A DNA stretch of 64,000 nucleotides, taken from the NCBI GenBank assembly GCA_963828125.1, contig CAWHDP010000002.1, forward strand, positions 32,001-96,000. Reading direction: 5' to 3'. Numbering within the stretch: position 1 is the stretch's first letter; every line of letters starts with the position of its first letter. This DNA is from an uncultured Chlamydiae bacterium. Lineage in GTDB: Bacteria; Chlamydiota; Chlamydiia; Chlamydiales; SM23-39. Positions 37,128 through 47,222 of this stretch are shown in pieces. The notes under the pieces are model-generated. The model searched no databases and was not told the DNA's origin. It saw nothing but the letters and a program-made list of their open reading frames with translations. The position numbers and the translations under genes are program-made.

Positions 37128-39602
37128 TTACGGTTTTTTCCCTACGGACCGATAAAAGAGTTCGATTTGCCGGTGCAGTTCTTTTTTTTCCCACCAGAAG
37201 GCGTGTTCTATCCATCCTTCGAGCCGGTTGGTGAGAAAAAGGCTTGGGAGGGCGGTCGTTGGGGGGTAGGGGGTTTCCAGAACCGATCCGAAGTGGCGGA
37301 AGGCGGCGTCTCTCCCTTCGGTCAAGTAGAGATAGGCTCCGTAGGGGAAGTGGAGCGGCGAGGTCTCTTGCACGATCTCTTCGGGAAATCGGTCGAAGAC
37401 GGCCTTGGCCTCGGCTATTTTTTGGCTGAGGAGATGATTCCAGACGACCAAGGTCTTTTTCTTCCTCGGTTTTCTCGGCGCAAATTTTTGCAGGGCGTCA
37501 GACGCTTCCAACTCTTGCAAACAGACCAAGGCGTTGTTGAATAGCACCTCATTTTCTTGCACGCTTTGCGCGATCTCGACTAAAATGGGGACTTTGGCCA
37601 GCCAAAAAGCGAGAAGGATGGCGATTGAATTGAGCCGGTCGTCGCACTTTTCAATAAAGGGGAGCCGCTCCCAATTTTTCTCTAGGCTCTCGATGAGATG
37701 GCGCGTGTCTGGGTTTTCCAAAAGATCGGGGATGTGGCGGATGGCGAGGAGAATAATCCTATAGGCCGATTCCCGATTATTGAGCGAACTTTCATGCATC
37801 CGGTAGACGATGTGTTCCTTGAGCATAGGGAGCAGCGGATGGTTCGGGAATTTCCGGAGCGCCAGTTCTAAACATTTTGCCTCCTCTTCGACGTCTCCGA
37901 GCGTTTCATAGACGAGCGACTTGCCCAAATATTCAAGGGGCGCGCCTGGAGTCCGGTATAATTTCTCGAACTCTTTTAGCGCCAGGTGATAGAGCTGGTC
38001 GTTTTCTTCCGCTCGCGCTTTTTCGATGAGGGTCAGGCCGGCTCGGAAAAGGGCTTCACGTCCTTCGATTCGACCTGGAAATGACTGGCCGATTCGTCGA
38101 TATTCCTGGAGGGCCGTGTCGTAGAGTTTGTGGCTTAAAAATGCATTCGGTACCGCTAGGCAGCCCACCATTGCGTTGTGGCTCGCGTCGTACACCTTTA
38201 AATTCTTCAGCTCAAAATCCCCATCCTTATGAAGGAGCCCTACGTGGTTGCCGGCAAGCGGCAAGTGGCTTGCGAAATTGATCTTCAACTTCCCGTCGAC
38301 GAAAAATTTCAAATGGTCGTCGACTTTTTCGATGGTGATCTGGTGCCATGTTTTCGGCTGCAAAATCTTTGCCTCCATGAGCTGCACATTGTTTCGGAAT
38401 AATTTGCATCCTGCGTGAGAGGTCCAAAGACAGTACCCTTCTTCCAAGCTATGCCGCTCTTCGGGAACGCTGAGCAAAAATCCAAGGCCATGCCCTTTTT
38501 CGCTCAAACGAACCTCTGCTTCGAGCCGCATATTATTGGCAAAGGCCCCTTTCGAGATCATCAATTCAGCCCACTCGGTTACATCCAGGCTGCGGGTGAT
38601 TGCGATGTTTTTCGCAAGGAGAATATTTTCCTGAAACTGCCAATCTTCTTTCCGATCCAGCTTTAACTCCGCAGATAAAATCCATTCGGGGCGTCCTTCG
38701 ATGTAGCTTTTGATTTCGTTGATCAGCGCAAGGGCTGTCTTGTAGCGATCCTGTTCCGAACGGGCCAAACATTTCCGGCATACCTCGGATAATTGATGCG
38801 GAATATCTCGATAAGGGGCCATTTCGATCGGATCGATGAGCTGCTCAGTGCGCACCTGTTTGCGGAATGCGGCGATCGTCTTTCTCAGAAAAGGGAGCTG
38901 CAGTGTCAGCATCTGATACAAAATCACCCCGAGCGCGTAGAGATCGGTTTGCACAGACGATGATTTGCCCATCAGCCGTTCCGGCGCCATATAAGCGAGC
39001 GTTCCGGTGATTTTGCCCGGACGGGTCAAATCTTCTCCTGAAATCCTATTTTCCGGCAGAGGTTCGTCCTCTCCGATATGGTCGATGAAATCGGCGATCC
39101 CCCAATCGAGAATCATCACCTCGCCGTATTTACCGATGATGATGTTTTCCGGTTTGAGGTCGCGGTGCAAAATCCCTTTTGAGTGAGTGTAGGCGATGGC
39201 TTCGCAAATTTGGAGAAAAATACGGGCCAGAGAGGGGATCGATTTGATGATTGGATGGATCTCCTGATCCTGATGGGTCCGGAGGATTTGGCGGAGGGTG
39301 ACCCCGTCGACAAAAGGCATTGTGTAGTAGACGTCGGGCGGGTGCGTCTGGATCGCTAAAATCGGGACAATCGACGGATGGCTGAGAGCGCTAGCTACTT
39401 GAGCCTCCCGCAAAAAACGGTTTTGAATCGTCTTATTTAATCTCAGCTCGGGCCGGATCCTTTTGAGAGCGACTCGCCTTCCGCACATCGGATCTTCGGC
39501 AAGGTAGACTTCACCCATGCCCCCTGTGCCCAAGCTTTGGATGATCGCATAGGGGCCGATCGCATTTGGAGGTTTGATTTTTGCTTTTCCCATCTTGAGC
39601 AT
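37128..39602 (-). CDS. pknD: Ser/Thr protein kinase PknD-like
   Basis: LGTGGMGEVY, VALK, HRDLKPEN, DWG, GTLAYMAPE; C-terminal beta domain and TPR-like region; adjacent to valS as in Chlamydia. Confidence 0.92.
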   Translation of the reverse strand: MLKMGKAKIKPPNAIGPYAIIQSLGTGGMGEVYLAEDPMCGRRVALKRIRPELRLNKTIQNRFLREAQVASALSHPSIVPILAIQTHPPDVYYTMPFVDGVTLRQILRTHQDQEIHPIIKSIPSLARIFLQICEAIAYTHSKGILHRDLKPENIIIGKYGEVMILDWGIADFIDHIGEDEPLPENRISGEDLTRPGKITGTLAYMAPERLMGKSSSVQTDLYALGVILYQMLTLQLPFLRKTIAAFRKQVRTEQLIDPIEMAPYRDIPHQLSEVCRKCLARSEQDRYKTALALINEIKSYIEGRPEWILSAELKLDRKEDWQFQENILLAKNIAITRSLDVTEWAELMISKGAFANNMRLEAEVRLSEKGHGLGFLLSVPEERHSLEEGYCLWTSHAGCKLFRNNVQLMEAKILQPKTWHQITIEKVDDHLKFFVDGKLKINFASHLPLAGNHVGLLHKDGDFELKNLKVYDASHNAMVGCLAVPNAFLSHKLYDTALQEYRRIGQSFPGRIEGREALFRAGLTLIEKARAEENDQLYHLALKEFEKLYRTPGAPLEYLGKSLVYETLGDVEEEAKCLELALRKFPNHPLLPMLKEHIVYRMHESSLNNRESAYRIILLAIRHIPDLLENPDTRHLIESLEKNWERLPFIEKCDDRLNSIAILLAFWLAKVPILVEIAQSVQENEVLFNNALVCLQELEASDALQKFAPRKPRKKKTLVVWNHLLSQKIAEAKAVFDRFPEEIVQETSPLHFPYGAYLYLTEGRDAAFRHFGSVLETPYPPTTALPSLFLTNRLEGWIEHAFWWEKKELHRQIELFYRSVGKKP

Positions 39603-39657
39603 CGTTCATGCCATAACCTCCACAAATACGCCAGCGAATTTTCTTTTTCAAAAAAAG

Positions 39658-40332
39658 TTAACGAATTTCGGTTTTCCCATCGGGGTATCCGACGATGACT
39701 CTTCCCGCCAAATCGAAGAAAAAGCCGGTGTCTACGACTCCAGGGATGTTGATGATCGCCTCATCGAGCGCTTCTGGGGCTTTGGGCGGCGAATCAAACG
39801 CGACGTCTAAAAGCAAATTGCCGTTTTCGGTAATGAATAAGGTCTCGTCTTCATTCATCCTCCACCTTCCCAGATAGCCGAGCTCCTCGATTTTCATCCG
39901 AGTGGCCGGAGAGCCGTAAAATAAAATTTCGACGGGGAGTTTGCCTCTCCCCACTGTTGGAACGAGTTTGCCATTGTCTACAATGACGACCATCTCGGCG
40001 CTGCTGCTGGCTAAAATTTTTTCTCGCACATGCGCTCCGCCGCCCCCTTTAATCATCCTCTTTTTCGGGTCGATCTCATCGGCCCCGTCCACCGTGACGT
40101 CGATCCGGGGAACCTCATTGATATCGAGAACCTCGATCCCCCCCTTTATTGCAAGATCGGCGGAGGCTCTCGAACTGGAGACCGCTTGGATCCGGAGCCC
40201 TTTCCGGCAGCGCTCTATTAAGCTGCGGATAAAACACTCCGCCGTAGATCCGGAGCCCAGTCCGACAATCATCCCATTCTGAATCCACTCAGCGGCTTTT
40301 CGGCCCGCCGCAGCCTTCGCTTCTTCTGACAT
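39658..40332 (-). CDS. rpiA: Ribose-5-phosphate isomerase A
   Basis: GLGSGST, DGADE, IKGGGGA, LPVEI. Confidence 0.97.
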   Translation of the reverse strand: MSEEAKAAAGRKAAEWIQNGMIVGLGSGSTAECFIRSLIERCRKGLRIQAVSSSRASADLAIKGGIEVLDINEVPRIDVTVDGADEIDPKKRMIKGGGGAHVREKILASSSAEMVVIVDNGKLVPTVGRGKLPVEILFYGSPATRMKIEELGYLGRWRMNEDETLFITENGNLLLDVAFDSPPKAPEALDEAIINIPGVVDTGFFFDLAGRVIVGYPDGKTEIR

Positions 40333-40405
40333 ACGCCTCAGTATACAAAAAATATAGAATTTTAAATCAAATTTTTATAAGCTGCGCTGGTCAAGGAGGT
40401 CCTGA

Positions 40406-40720
40406 ATGGCCGCAGCACAACCAGAAGAAAAACCGATCGCTCCTGAAAGTTTAAAGACAAAACGGGCCAGAGAAAAACTGGTCAAACAGTGGAAAGCGGA
40501 AGAAGAGCTCATCACCCCCAAAGCGCTGAAGGAAACGACCGATAAAATCCACAAGTGGATTGCCGATAACGCCAAACACCGGCTCCCTATTAAAAAAGAG
40601 ACCAATATCAGGCTTTTTAACCAAAATAAAGATCCCGCAGGAATCAGCAAAAAAATCCATCTTTTTGCTGAAAAGTTGAAGGCCGATATGGAACACCTCA
40701 GCAGAGCTTTCGATCCATGA
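40406..40720 (+). CDS. Hypothetical basic protein
   Basis: AAGGAGG RBS, 104 aa, Lys-rich. Confidence 0.6.
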   Translation: MAAAQPEEKPIAPESLKTKRAREKLVKQWKAEEELITPKALKETTDKIHKWIADNAKHRLPIKKETNIRLFNQNKDPAGISKKIHLFAEKLKADMEHLSRAFDP

Positions 40721-40757
40721 GCCATTTGCATGACTGTATGAAAGCGGCTGATCCGTC

Positions 40758-40786
40758 TTGATGTAAAACGTTTTTTGCGTTACAAT
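40758..40786 (+). promoter_or_regulatory. Sigma66/70-type promoter of tyrS
   Basis: TTGATG-N17-TACAAT, ending 6 nt before the ATG. Confidence 0.6.
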
Positions 40787-40792
40787 CGCCTC

Positions 40793-42055
40793 ATGAAAAA
40801 TGTGATTGATCTCTTAGAGGAACGGGGCTTCATCGACCAGATGACGCACGCCGATCTCCGTTTGCGGGTGAATCAACCGATCAAGGCTTATGTCGGTTTT
40901 GATCCGACGGCAGATAGCCTCCATTTGGGCAATTTGGTGCCGATTATGGGACTCGCGTGGTTTCAGAAGTGCGGCCACACCCCTTTTGCGATTTTGGGGG
41001 GGGCAACCGGTTTGATTGGCGATCCATCGGGGAAAAGCGTAGAGAGAAATCTCCTCGATCCGGACACTCTGGCCCGTAATGGGCGCTGTCTGGAGGCGTT
41101 TTTCAAAAAAATTCTCGATTTTCCCGAAGGGCCTCGGCCTGTGATTCTCAATAACAACGATTGGCTGGGGAAATTCAGTCTAGTCGATTTCCTCAGAGAT
41201 GTAGGAAAACATTTTCGGATTGGCCCGATGATGGCTAAAGAGATGGTTCGAACGAGGCTCCAGTCGGAAGAGGGGATGAGCTTCACCGAATTTAGCTATC
41301 AAATTTTGCAAGGGTATGATTTTTATTACTTGTGCAAAGAGTATGGAGTGACTTTGCAAATGGGGGCAAGCGATCAGTGGGGCAACATCACGGCTGGCGC
41401 CGAGTACAACCGGAAACTGGGCGGAGAGACGCTGTATGGGTTGACTTTTCCCCTTTTGACGCGAAGCGACGGGAAAAAATTCGGCAAGAGCGAAGAGGGG
41501 GCGATTTGGCTTTCGAGCGCTAAGCTGAGTCCGTATCAGTTTTACCAGTATTTGATAAAAATTTCGGACGCCGATGTGATCCGTCTATTGAAAATGCTCA
41601 CTTTTCTCGAAATGGGGGAGATTCAGGAGATCGAAGCGGGAATGAGCGTCGCCAATAGCGCTCAAAGGCGGCTGGCTGAGGAGGTGACTCGGTTTGTTCA
41701 TGGCGAAGAGGGGCTCAAGGCTGCGTTGAAGGTGACCGAGGGGATGGCGCCGGGGAGCGAGGCCTCTTTGAGCGGATCTGTTTTGAAGGAACTGGCTGCT
41801 GATATGCCGAGCGCCGAATTATCTTTAGGTGAGGTGATTGGACAGAGGTATGTCGATATTGCTGTCCGGGTCGGGCTTGTTTCGAGCAAGTCGGAAGGGG
41901 TAAAGCTGATCAAAAACGGCGGCGCTTATCTCAATAACGGGAGGGTCGTCGATCCGGCTTTTCTCATTTCGATGAAAGATCTGATCGATCATTCCTATCT
42001 TCTCTTCAGCGTCGGCAAAAAAAAGCGTCTCTTAATCCAGATATCTAAAAATTGA
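40793..42055 (+). CDS. tyrS: Tyrosyl-tRNA synthetase
   Basis: GFDPTADSLHLGN, DQWGNI, KFGKS, S4 domain. Confidence 0.98.
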   Translation: MKNVIDLLEERGFIDQMTHADLRLRVNQPIKAYVGFDPTADSLHLGNLVPIMGLAWFQKCGHTPFAILGGATGLIGDPSGKSVERNLLDPDTLARNGRCLEAFFKKILDFPEGPRPVILNNNDWLGKFSLVDFLRDVGKHFRIGPMMAKEMVRTRLQSEEGMSFTEFSYQILQGYDFYYLCKEYGVTLQMGASDQWGNITAGAEYNRKLGGETLYGLTFPLLTRSDGKKFGKSEEGAIWLSSAKLSPYQFYQYLIKISDADVIRLLKMLTFLEMGEIQEIEAGMSVANSAQRRLAEEVTRFVHGEEGLKAALKVTEGMAPGSEASLSGSVLKELAADMPSAELSLGEVIGQRYVDIAVRVGLVSSKSEGVKLIKNGGAYLNNGRVVDPAFLISMKDLIDHSYLLFSVGKKKRLLIQISKN

Positions 42056-42196
42056 TTTGAAAAATATTCGGTAACCGTTATTTTGAACTCGTGAACCCCT
42101 TTACAAAATGAGTTTGGGGCTGCGGTTCCAAAAAAGGAGACAAACAGCTTGTCTGAAAATCAAGAAAGTATTCAAAGCCAAAAGAGGAGCGCTGAC

Positions 42197-42481
42197 ATGG
42201 CGACTATTACCAAAAAGAAGCTGATCCAAACGATATCCACATCAAAGGGATTGCATCCCAATGATGTTCGAAACGTCATTCAGGCTTTCCTCGATGCGAT
42301 GACCGATACCCTTTCCCAAGGCGACCGGCTCGAATTTCGCGATTTTGGAGTGTTTGAAATTGTAGAGAGAAAGCAAAAAATCGGCCGAAATCCGAAAAAC
42401 GCTTCGGTCGCGATTGTGATCCCTGCGCGCAAAGCTGTCAAATTTACTCCTGGCAAGAAAATGCGGAAACTTATTGAATAG
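42197..42481 (+). CDS. ihfA: Integration host factor/HU family DNA-binding protein
   Basis: TKKKLI, RDFGVF, GRNPK, IPARKAVKFTPGK; GAGGAG RBS before ATG 42197. Confidence 0.92.
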   Translation: MATITKKKLIQTISTSKGLHPNDVRNVIQAFLDAMTDTLSQGDRLEFRDFGVFEIVERKQKIGRNPKNASVAIVIPARKAVKFTPGKKMRKLIE

Positions 42482-42486
42482 TTCCC

Positions 42487-43335
42487 ATGGAACTGATGTC
42501 TTTGTCTAAACTGTGCCAGCTCGCTCTACGGTGGAAAGGGGCAGGCCGTGAAAATGAGGCGGGGGAGCTTGTTTCGTGGCTTTTGCAATTAGAGCCTTTC
42601 CCCTCCTTGTGGTGTCCCGATCAGGAGTATGATGAAGCGGAAGGGCGGCGGCTCTTTGAGTTGATCCGGGGGTTATACCCCCATCGGCCAATCACTTGGA
42701 ATTGGACCCGCGCCGAAGCCCCGGGGATCGACGATCCGCAGGAGCTTTCGTGTGGATCCAAATCCAAGCCATTGGCCGATGGAGATATAAAACCGATTTT
42801 AGGAAAGGGTCCCGGCTTCAATTTAACGCTGACCCCGTCCATGGCCTTGACTTTGGATGGAGATGGGACGACTCTTGGAGTGATCCGGGAAGGGGATGTC
42901 GAGATCAGGGCCTTTGGCCCTCAAAGCGCCTCCCTTGTGTTTGGCATTCAGGGGCGGGGACTTGACGGGTGGACTCGGACAGCCGCCTTCCCAGAGGTGT
43001 GGTTGGAAATGAAAGAGAGGGAGCGGAGATTTGATTTCCGTTTTGTAGGGTTGAGTTCCGAGCAGCCGCTCTCCTTTGCTTTTTATGTGAAGGCAAAAAA
43101 CTGTCAGATTGACAAGGAATTATTTAAGCCGAGGAGCCTCAACCGGTATCAGGGAGAGGCTAGGGGCCCCATTTTTAACGGCAAACTGAAGATAGAGAGC
43201 GGCCAGCCCCATAAAGTTCAATTGATTCCGCTGGCAGGGGAGGGCTGTTTTTGGAATTGCGACTTTCTCCTTCTTTTCGAGCTCCATCCGCTCCTTTCCC
43301 AAATTTCTTTTTTTATCCACTCCATATTTGATTGA
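42487..43335 (+). CDS. Conserved hypothetical protein (CT266 position) carrying an in-frame palindromic insertion
   Basis: Between ihf and accA; FPSLW, IRAFGPQ, PRSLNRY, FWNCDFL. Confidence 0.75.
   Translation: MELMSLSKLCQLALRWKGAGRENEAGELVSWLLQLEPFPSLWCPDQEYDEAEGRRLFELIRGLYPHRPITWNWTRAEAPGIDDPQELSCGSKSKPLADGDIKPILGKGPGFNLTLTPSMALTLDGDGTTLGVIREGDVEIRAFGPQSASLVFGIQGRGLDGWTRTAAFPEVWLEMKERERRFDFRFVGLSSEQPLSFAFYVKAKNCQIDKELFKPRSLNRYQGEARGPIFNGKLKIESGQPHKVQLIPLAGEGCFWNCDFLLLFELHPLLSQISFFIHSIFD
42674..42789. mobile_element. 116-bp TA-flanked palindromic MITE/RPE-like element inside CDS
   Basis: TATACCCCCATCGGCCAAT...ATTGGCCGATGGAGATATA; ~56-bp imperfect arms, GAC loop. Confidence 0.75.
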
Positions 43336-43393
43336 TCCGGGTTGCAAAATACTCCCCCCTTTTCGATAATGGGGGTCAACACATAGGCTGAAA

Positions 43394-44302
43394 GTGAAAT
43401 ATTTTGTGCTCGTCGCGGTTCTCCTTTTTGGGGCTATTGGCGTCATGGGGTGGCTGAAGAGAGAACCAAAACAGGCGGTGGAAGAGCCGGTGCAGGAGAT
43501 GGCTCTTGGGACCTCCGCCGCTCCGATTCCGATTCAGCCTGCGCCGAGCGCTGCGGCGTCTGCAGACGTTCAGGAGATCGACCGGATTCCCCAGCTTTTT
43601 GCCGTCGACTCCCTGTCGCTTCCCATTGTCGAGACAGTCTCATTCACCAGTAGAGTCCCTTGGCTGAAAGACCGACCCGCATGGATTGCCGACTACTCTT
43701 CCCATTACCAGACCTCTCGCCACTTCATTGCCAGGAGCCTGAACCGAAAAGCCGACTATTTTACGCAAAAGGTTCGTCCCGGCGACCGTTTTAACGTGTT
43801 CAAACCGGGGAAGGAGATCACATTCCATCTCGCGGTCGATTTGTCGAAGTGCCGCATGTGGTTTTATTACATCGACGGCAATGAAAAAGTACTCCTGAAG
43901 ACCTATCGGGTGGGTCTCGGCAAGAAGGATTCGCGCCGTCCATCGGGTTTTTTGACGCCGGTAGGGAAATATGGCCTTGGAGAAAAGGTTGTGATTTACA
44001 AGCCGGGCGTCACCGGTTTTTTTCAGGACGCAAAAGTGGAGATGATCCGGGTCTTTGGAACCCGCTGGCTCCCCTTTGAAAAAGAGATTGAAGGGTGTTC
44101 TGAAGCGGCCAAAGGATATGGGATTCACGGCCTTCCTTGGATAGAGGGCCCCAATGGAGAGTTGATGGAAGACCGGAGCAAACTCGGGACGCACGATAGT
44201 GACGGCTGCATCCGGATGGCGTCGGAAGACATTGAAGAGATCTTCGCGATTGTGATCACGAAGCCCACAACCGTTGAAATTGTCAAGGAGTACAAGCCAT
44301 GA
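43394..44302 (+). CDS. L,D-transpeptidase (YkuD domain)
   Basis: N-terminal [20 protein letters not shown]...SDGCIRM. Confidence 0.9.
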   Translation: MKYFVLVAVLLFGAIGVMGWLKREPKQAVEEPVQEMALGTSAAPIPIQPAPSAAASADVQEIDRIPQLFAVDSLSLPIVETVSFTSRVPWLKDRPAWIADYSSHYQTSRHFIARSLNRKADYFTQKVRPGDRFNVFKPGKEITFHLAVDLSKCRMWFYYIDGNEKVLLKTYRVGLGKKDSRRPSGFLTPVGKYGLGEKVVIYKPGVTGFFQDAKVEMIRVFGTRWLPFEKEIEGCSEAAKGYGIHGLPWIEGPNGELMEDRSKLGTHDSDGCIRMASEDIEEIFAIVITKPTTVEIVKEYKP

Positions 44303-45282
44303 CTGTCCTTCCCCACGAAAAGCAGATCCTCGAGGTAGAGCAGACTCTCTCTAAATTAAAAGAGCAAAATAAAAGCAACCCCCTCTTTTCAAAAGAGGAG
44401 TTCATCAAAATGGAAAAAAAACTCGAAAAATTGAGAGAAAAGGTCTATTCGGAGCTCAAGCCGTGGGATCGGGTCGCGATCTGCCGCCATCCGCAAAGGC
44501 CGCACGCCATCGACTACATCCAGCAAATGGCGGATGAGTTTGTCGAACTCTGTGGAGATCGGACCTTTCAGGACGATCATGCGATCATCGCAGGGCTTGC
44601 CATGATTGATGGGGAGAAATATGTGGTGATCGGCCAGGAAAAGGGGAAAGACACCGAGAGTCGGATTTACCGCAATTTTGGCATGCCCCATCCGGAAGGG
44701 TATCGGAAGGCGATGCGATGCATGAATTTGGCTGCCAAGTTCAATCTCCCCGTGATCACCCTTTTGGACACTCCAGGGGCCTATCCAGGCTTGAGTGCGG
44801 AAGAGCGGGGCCAGGGGTGGGCGATCGCGAACAATCTTTGGGAGATGGCCCGTCTTCCGACCCCGATCATCGTCATTTTGATCGGCGAAGGGTGTTCGGG
44901 CGGCGCTTTAGGGATTGGCGTGGGGGATGTGATCGGGATGTTAGAGCACGCCTATTATTCAGTGATCTCTCCCGAGGGGTGCGCCTCAATCCTTTGGAAA
45001 GATTCGAGTAAAAACGCCCTGGCGGCAGCCGCCTTAAAAATGCATGTCGAGGATTTGCTTGCGTTGGGGATCGTCGATCAGATGATTAGTGAACCTCTGG
45101 GGGGCGCCCACTTTAATCCACAGGAAGTTTTCGCCAACGTAAAAGCATTCATCAAAGAGCAGTGGAGTTCTCTAAAAACAGTGCCGATCGACACTCTTTT
45201 AGAAAATCGCTATCAAAAATTCCGGAAAATGGGTAAATTCTGTTCTCATGAAGCTCCTATTGCAAGCGGTACTCAGGAATAG
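44299..45282 (+). CDS. accA: Acetyl-CoA carboxylase carboxyltransferase alpha
   Basis: [43 protein letters not shown]. Confidence 0.97.
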   Translation: MTVLPHEKQILEVEQTLSKLKEQNKSNPLFSKEEFIKMEKKLEKLREKVYSELKPWDRVAICRHPQRPHAIDYIQQMADEFVELCGDRTFQDDHAIIAGLAMIDGEKYVVIGQEKGKDTESRIYRNFGMPHPEGYRKAMRCMNLAAKFNLPVITLLDTPGAYPGLSAEERGQGWAIANNLWEMARLPTPIIVILIGEGCSGGALGIGVGDVIGMLEHAYYSVISPEGCASILWKDSSKNALAAAALKMHVEDLLALGIVDQMISEPLGGAHFNPQEVFANVKAFIKEQWSSLKTVPIDTLLENRYQKFRKMGKFCSHEAPIASGTQE

Positions 45283-47161
45283 CAAGCACCTCACTCTATC
45301 GATCCTTACCTTTGTCTCCCTTTTGCTCCTTACCATGGCGACCCAGTGCGAGATGTTTTCGGTCGGTTTGATGGCCAATACGGGGGCCGATTTTTTCACC
45401 CTTTTCAGTCCTGAGGGGAAGAAAGTCAAAGACAAAATCAGCCTTGCCGATGTGACCCGCCGCTGGGAGGCGATCGATCTAAACGAAGACGGGGTGATCA
45501 CTAAACAAGAGGCGGCCATCTATATTGCTCAGAGGAAAGATTCCAACCCCCTCCTCTGGGTCATGCACAAAGTCGCCGCCCGTTTTGATTTTGAACAAAA
45601 TTTCTCGCTTCTCATATCGATCCTCGTCGCCGTCGCCCTGTTTAAAGCGATGACCCTTTTTTCCTCCCGCTACATGACCCAGATCCTCTCGATCCGGGTC
45701 ACTCGCGACCTCCGGCAACAATATTTTGAACACATCCAGTCGCTCCCGCTCAGTTTTTACCAAGAACAGAACCTCGGCAGCCTCTCGTCGCGCGCCGTCG
45801 GCGACGCCGGCCAGATCGCCTCCTCTCTCAATTCATGCCTGACCAATTATCTCCAAACCCCCTTTACGCTCGTCTCGACCCTCTTTGCCTGTTTTTATCT
45901 TTCCTGGAAGCTCTCGCTCATTATTTTTCTTGGGCTTCCCCTCATCATCCTACCGGTGATTTTTCTCACTCGGCAAGTGAAGAGGATCACTCGCCAGATC
46001 CAGAAAAACCAAGAGACCTTTGCGTCGGTCCTCCTCGATTTTCTCGCCGGCATTCAGACCGTTAAAATCTTCGCTATGGAGGCCTTTAGCCTCCGGAAAT
46101 ACAAAGAGCAAAACGACCGGATGGCCCACCTTGAAAGCAAAAGCGCCAAATACGGGCTTCTGACGCGCCCCGTCCTCCACTTTATTGCCACTGGCTGTCT
46201 GGCTGTCGTCGTCCTCTTTGGCCTCTATTCGCTCCACATGACTGTTGGACAGCTCCTGATGTTTTGCTGTCTGCTTCACATGTTCTACGAGCCGGTCAAA
46301 AAATTTGCCGAAGAGAATACCAATATCCAAAAAGGGATTATCGCTGCCGAGCGGATGTTCGAGGTGCTTCATCTCAAGCCCCAAATCGAAGACAAAGATG
46401 GAGCCATTCACCTCTCCGGTTTTAAAAATCTCATTGAATTTGACCACGTCTGGTTCAAATACCGCGATGAGTGGGTGATCAAAGACGTCAGCTTTACGAT
46501 TGAGCGGGGACAGGTCGTCGCCCTCGTCGGCGCGACCGGAGCTGGAAAATCGACCCTCGTACAGCTCCTCCCCCGCCTCTATGAAGTGCAAAAAGGGGAG
46601 ATCCGTGTTGATGGCATCCCGTTGAACGCCATCACCCAAAAATCGCTCCGAGAGCAGATCGCCTTCGTCCCTCAAAAACCGTTCCTCTTTTTTGACACCG
46701 TGGCTGAGAACATCGCCTTTGGCCGTAGTTTTTCCTCCGAGGAGATTGAGGAGGCGGCCCGAAAAGCGTACGCCCATGAATTCATCGTCGATTTACCCAG
46801 TCAATACAACACGCTCCTTGCCGAAATGGGGAAGACCCTATCGGGCGGCCAGCAGCAGCGGCTGGCGATTGCAAGAGCCCTTGTGAAGAGAGCCCCTATT
46901 TTGATTTTAGATGAGGCGACCTCCTCTTTAGACGCGATCTCAGAAAATCGGATCAAGAGTGCGATGCTAGAGCTCAGAGGGGAAGTGACTCAAATCCTCA
47001 TTGCACACCGATTATCGACGATCGAGCACGCCGACAAGATCATCTTCTTTGACCGAGGGCGTAAATTAGGGGAGGGGAGTTTGTCCTCTCTCTTAGAGAA
47101 CTGTCTCCCATTCCGCATCTTGTGGGAGGTATATCACCGGTCTGAAGTCGCCCCTGCGTAA
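45248..47161 (+). CDS. msbA: ABC exporter, MsbA-like
   Basis: TMD + [24 protein letters not shown]; follows accA as in chlamydiae. Confidence 0.88.
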   Translation: MKLLLQAVLRNSKHLTLSILTFVSLLLLTMATQCEMFSVGLMANTGADFFTLFSPEGKKVKDKISLADVTRRWEAIDLNEDGVITKQEAAIYIAQRKDSNPLLWVMHKVAARFDFEQNFSLLISILVAVALFKAMTLFSSRYMTQILSIRVTRDLRQQYFEHIQSLPLSFYQEQNLGSLSSRAVGDAGQIASSLNSCLTNYLQTPFTLVSTLFACFYLSWKLSLIIFLGLPLIILPVIFLTRQVKRITRQIQKNQETFASVLLDFLAGIQTVKIFAMEAFSLRKYKEQNDRMAHLESKSAKYGLLTRPVLHFIATGCLAVVVLFGLYSLHMTVGQLLMFCCLLHMFYEPVKKFAEENTNIQKGIIAAERMFEVLHLKPQIEDKDGAIHLSGFKNLIEFDHVWFKYRDEWVIKDVSFTIERGQVVALVGATGAGKSTLVQLLPRLYEVQKGEIRVDGIPLNAITQKSLREQIAFVPQKPFLFFDTVAENIAFGRSFSSEEIEEAARKAYAHEFIVDLPSQYNTLLAEMGKTLSGGQQQRLAIARALVKRAPILILDEATSSLDAISENRIKSAMLELRGEVTQILIAHRLSTIEHADKIIFFDRGRKLGEGSLSSLLENCLPFRILWEVYHRSEVAPA

Positions 47162-47222
47162 ATTTATATTGACAACGAGTTCAAAAATCGATTATGAGGC
47201 TATCTTTATTTAACGGGTTTTT

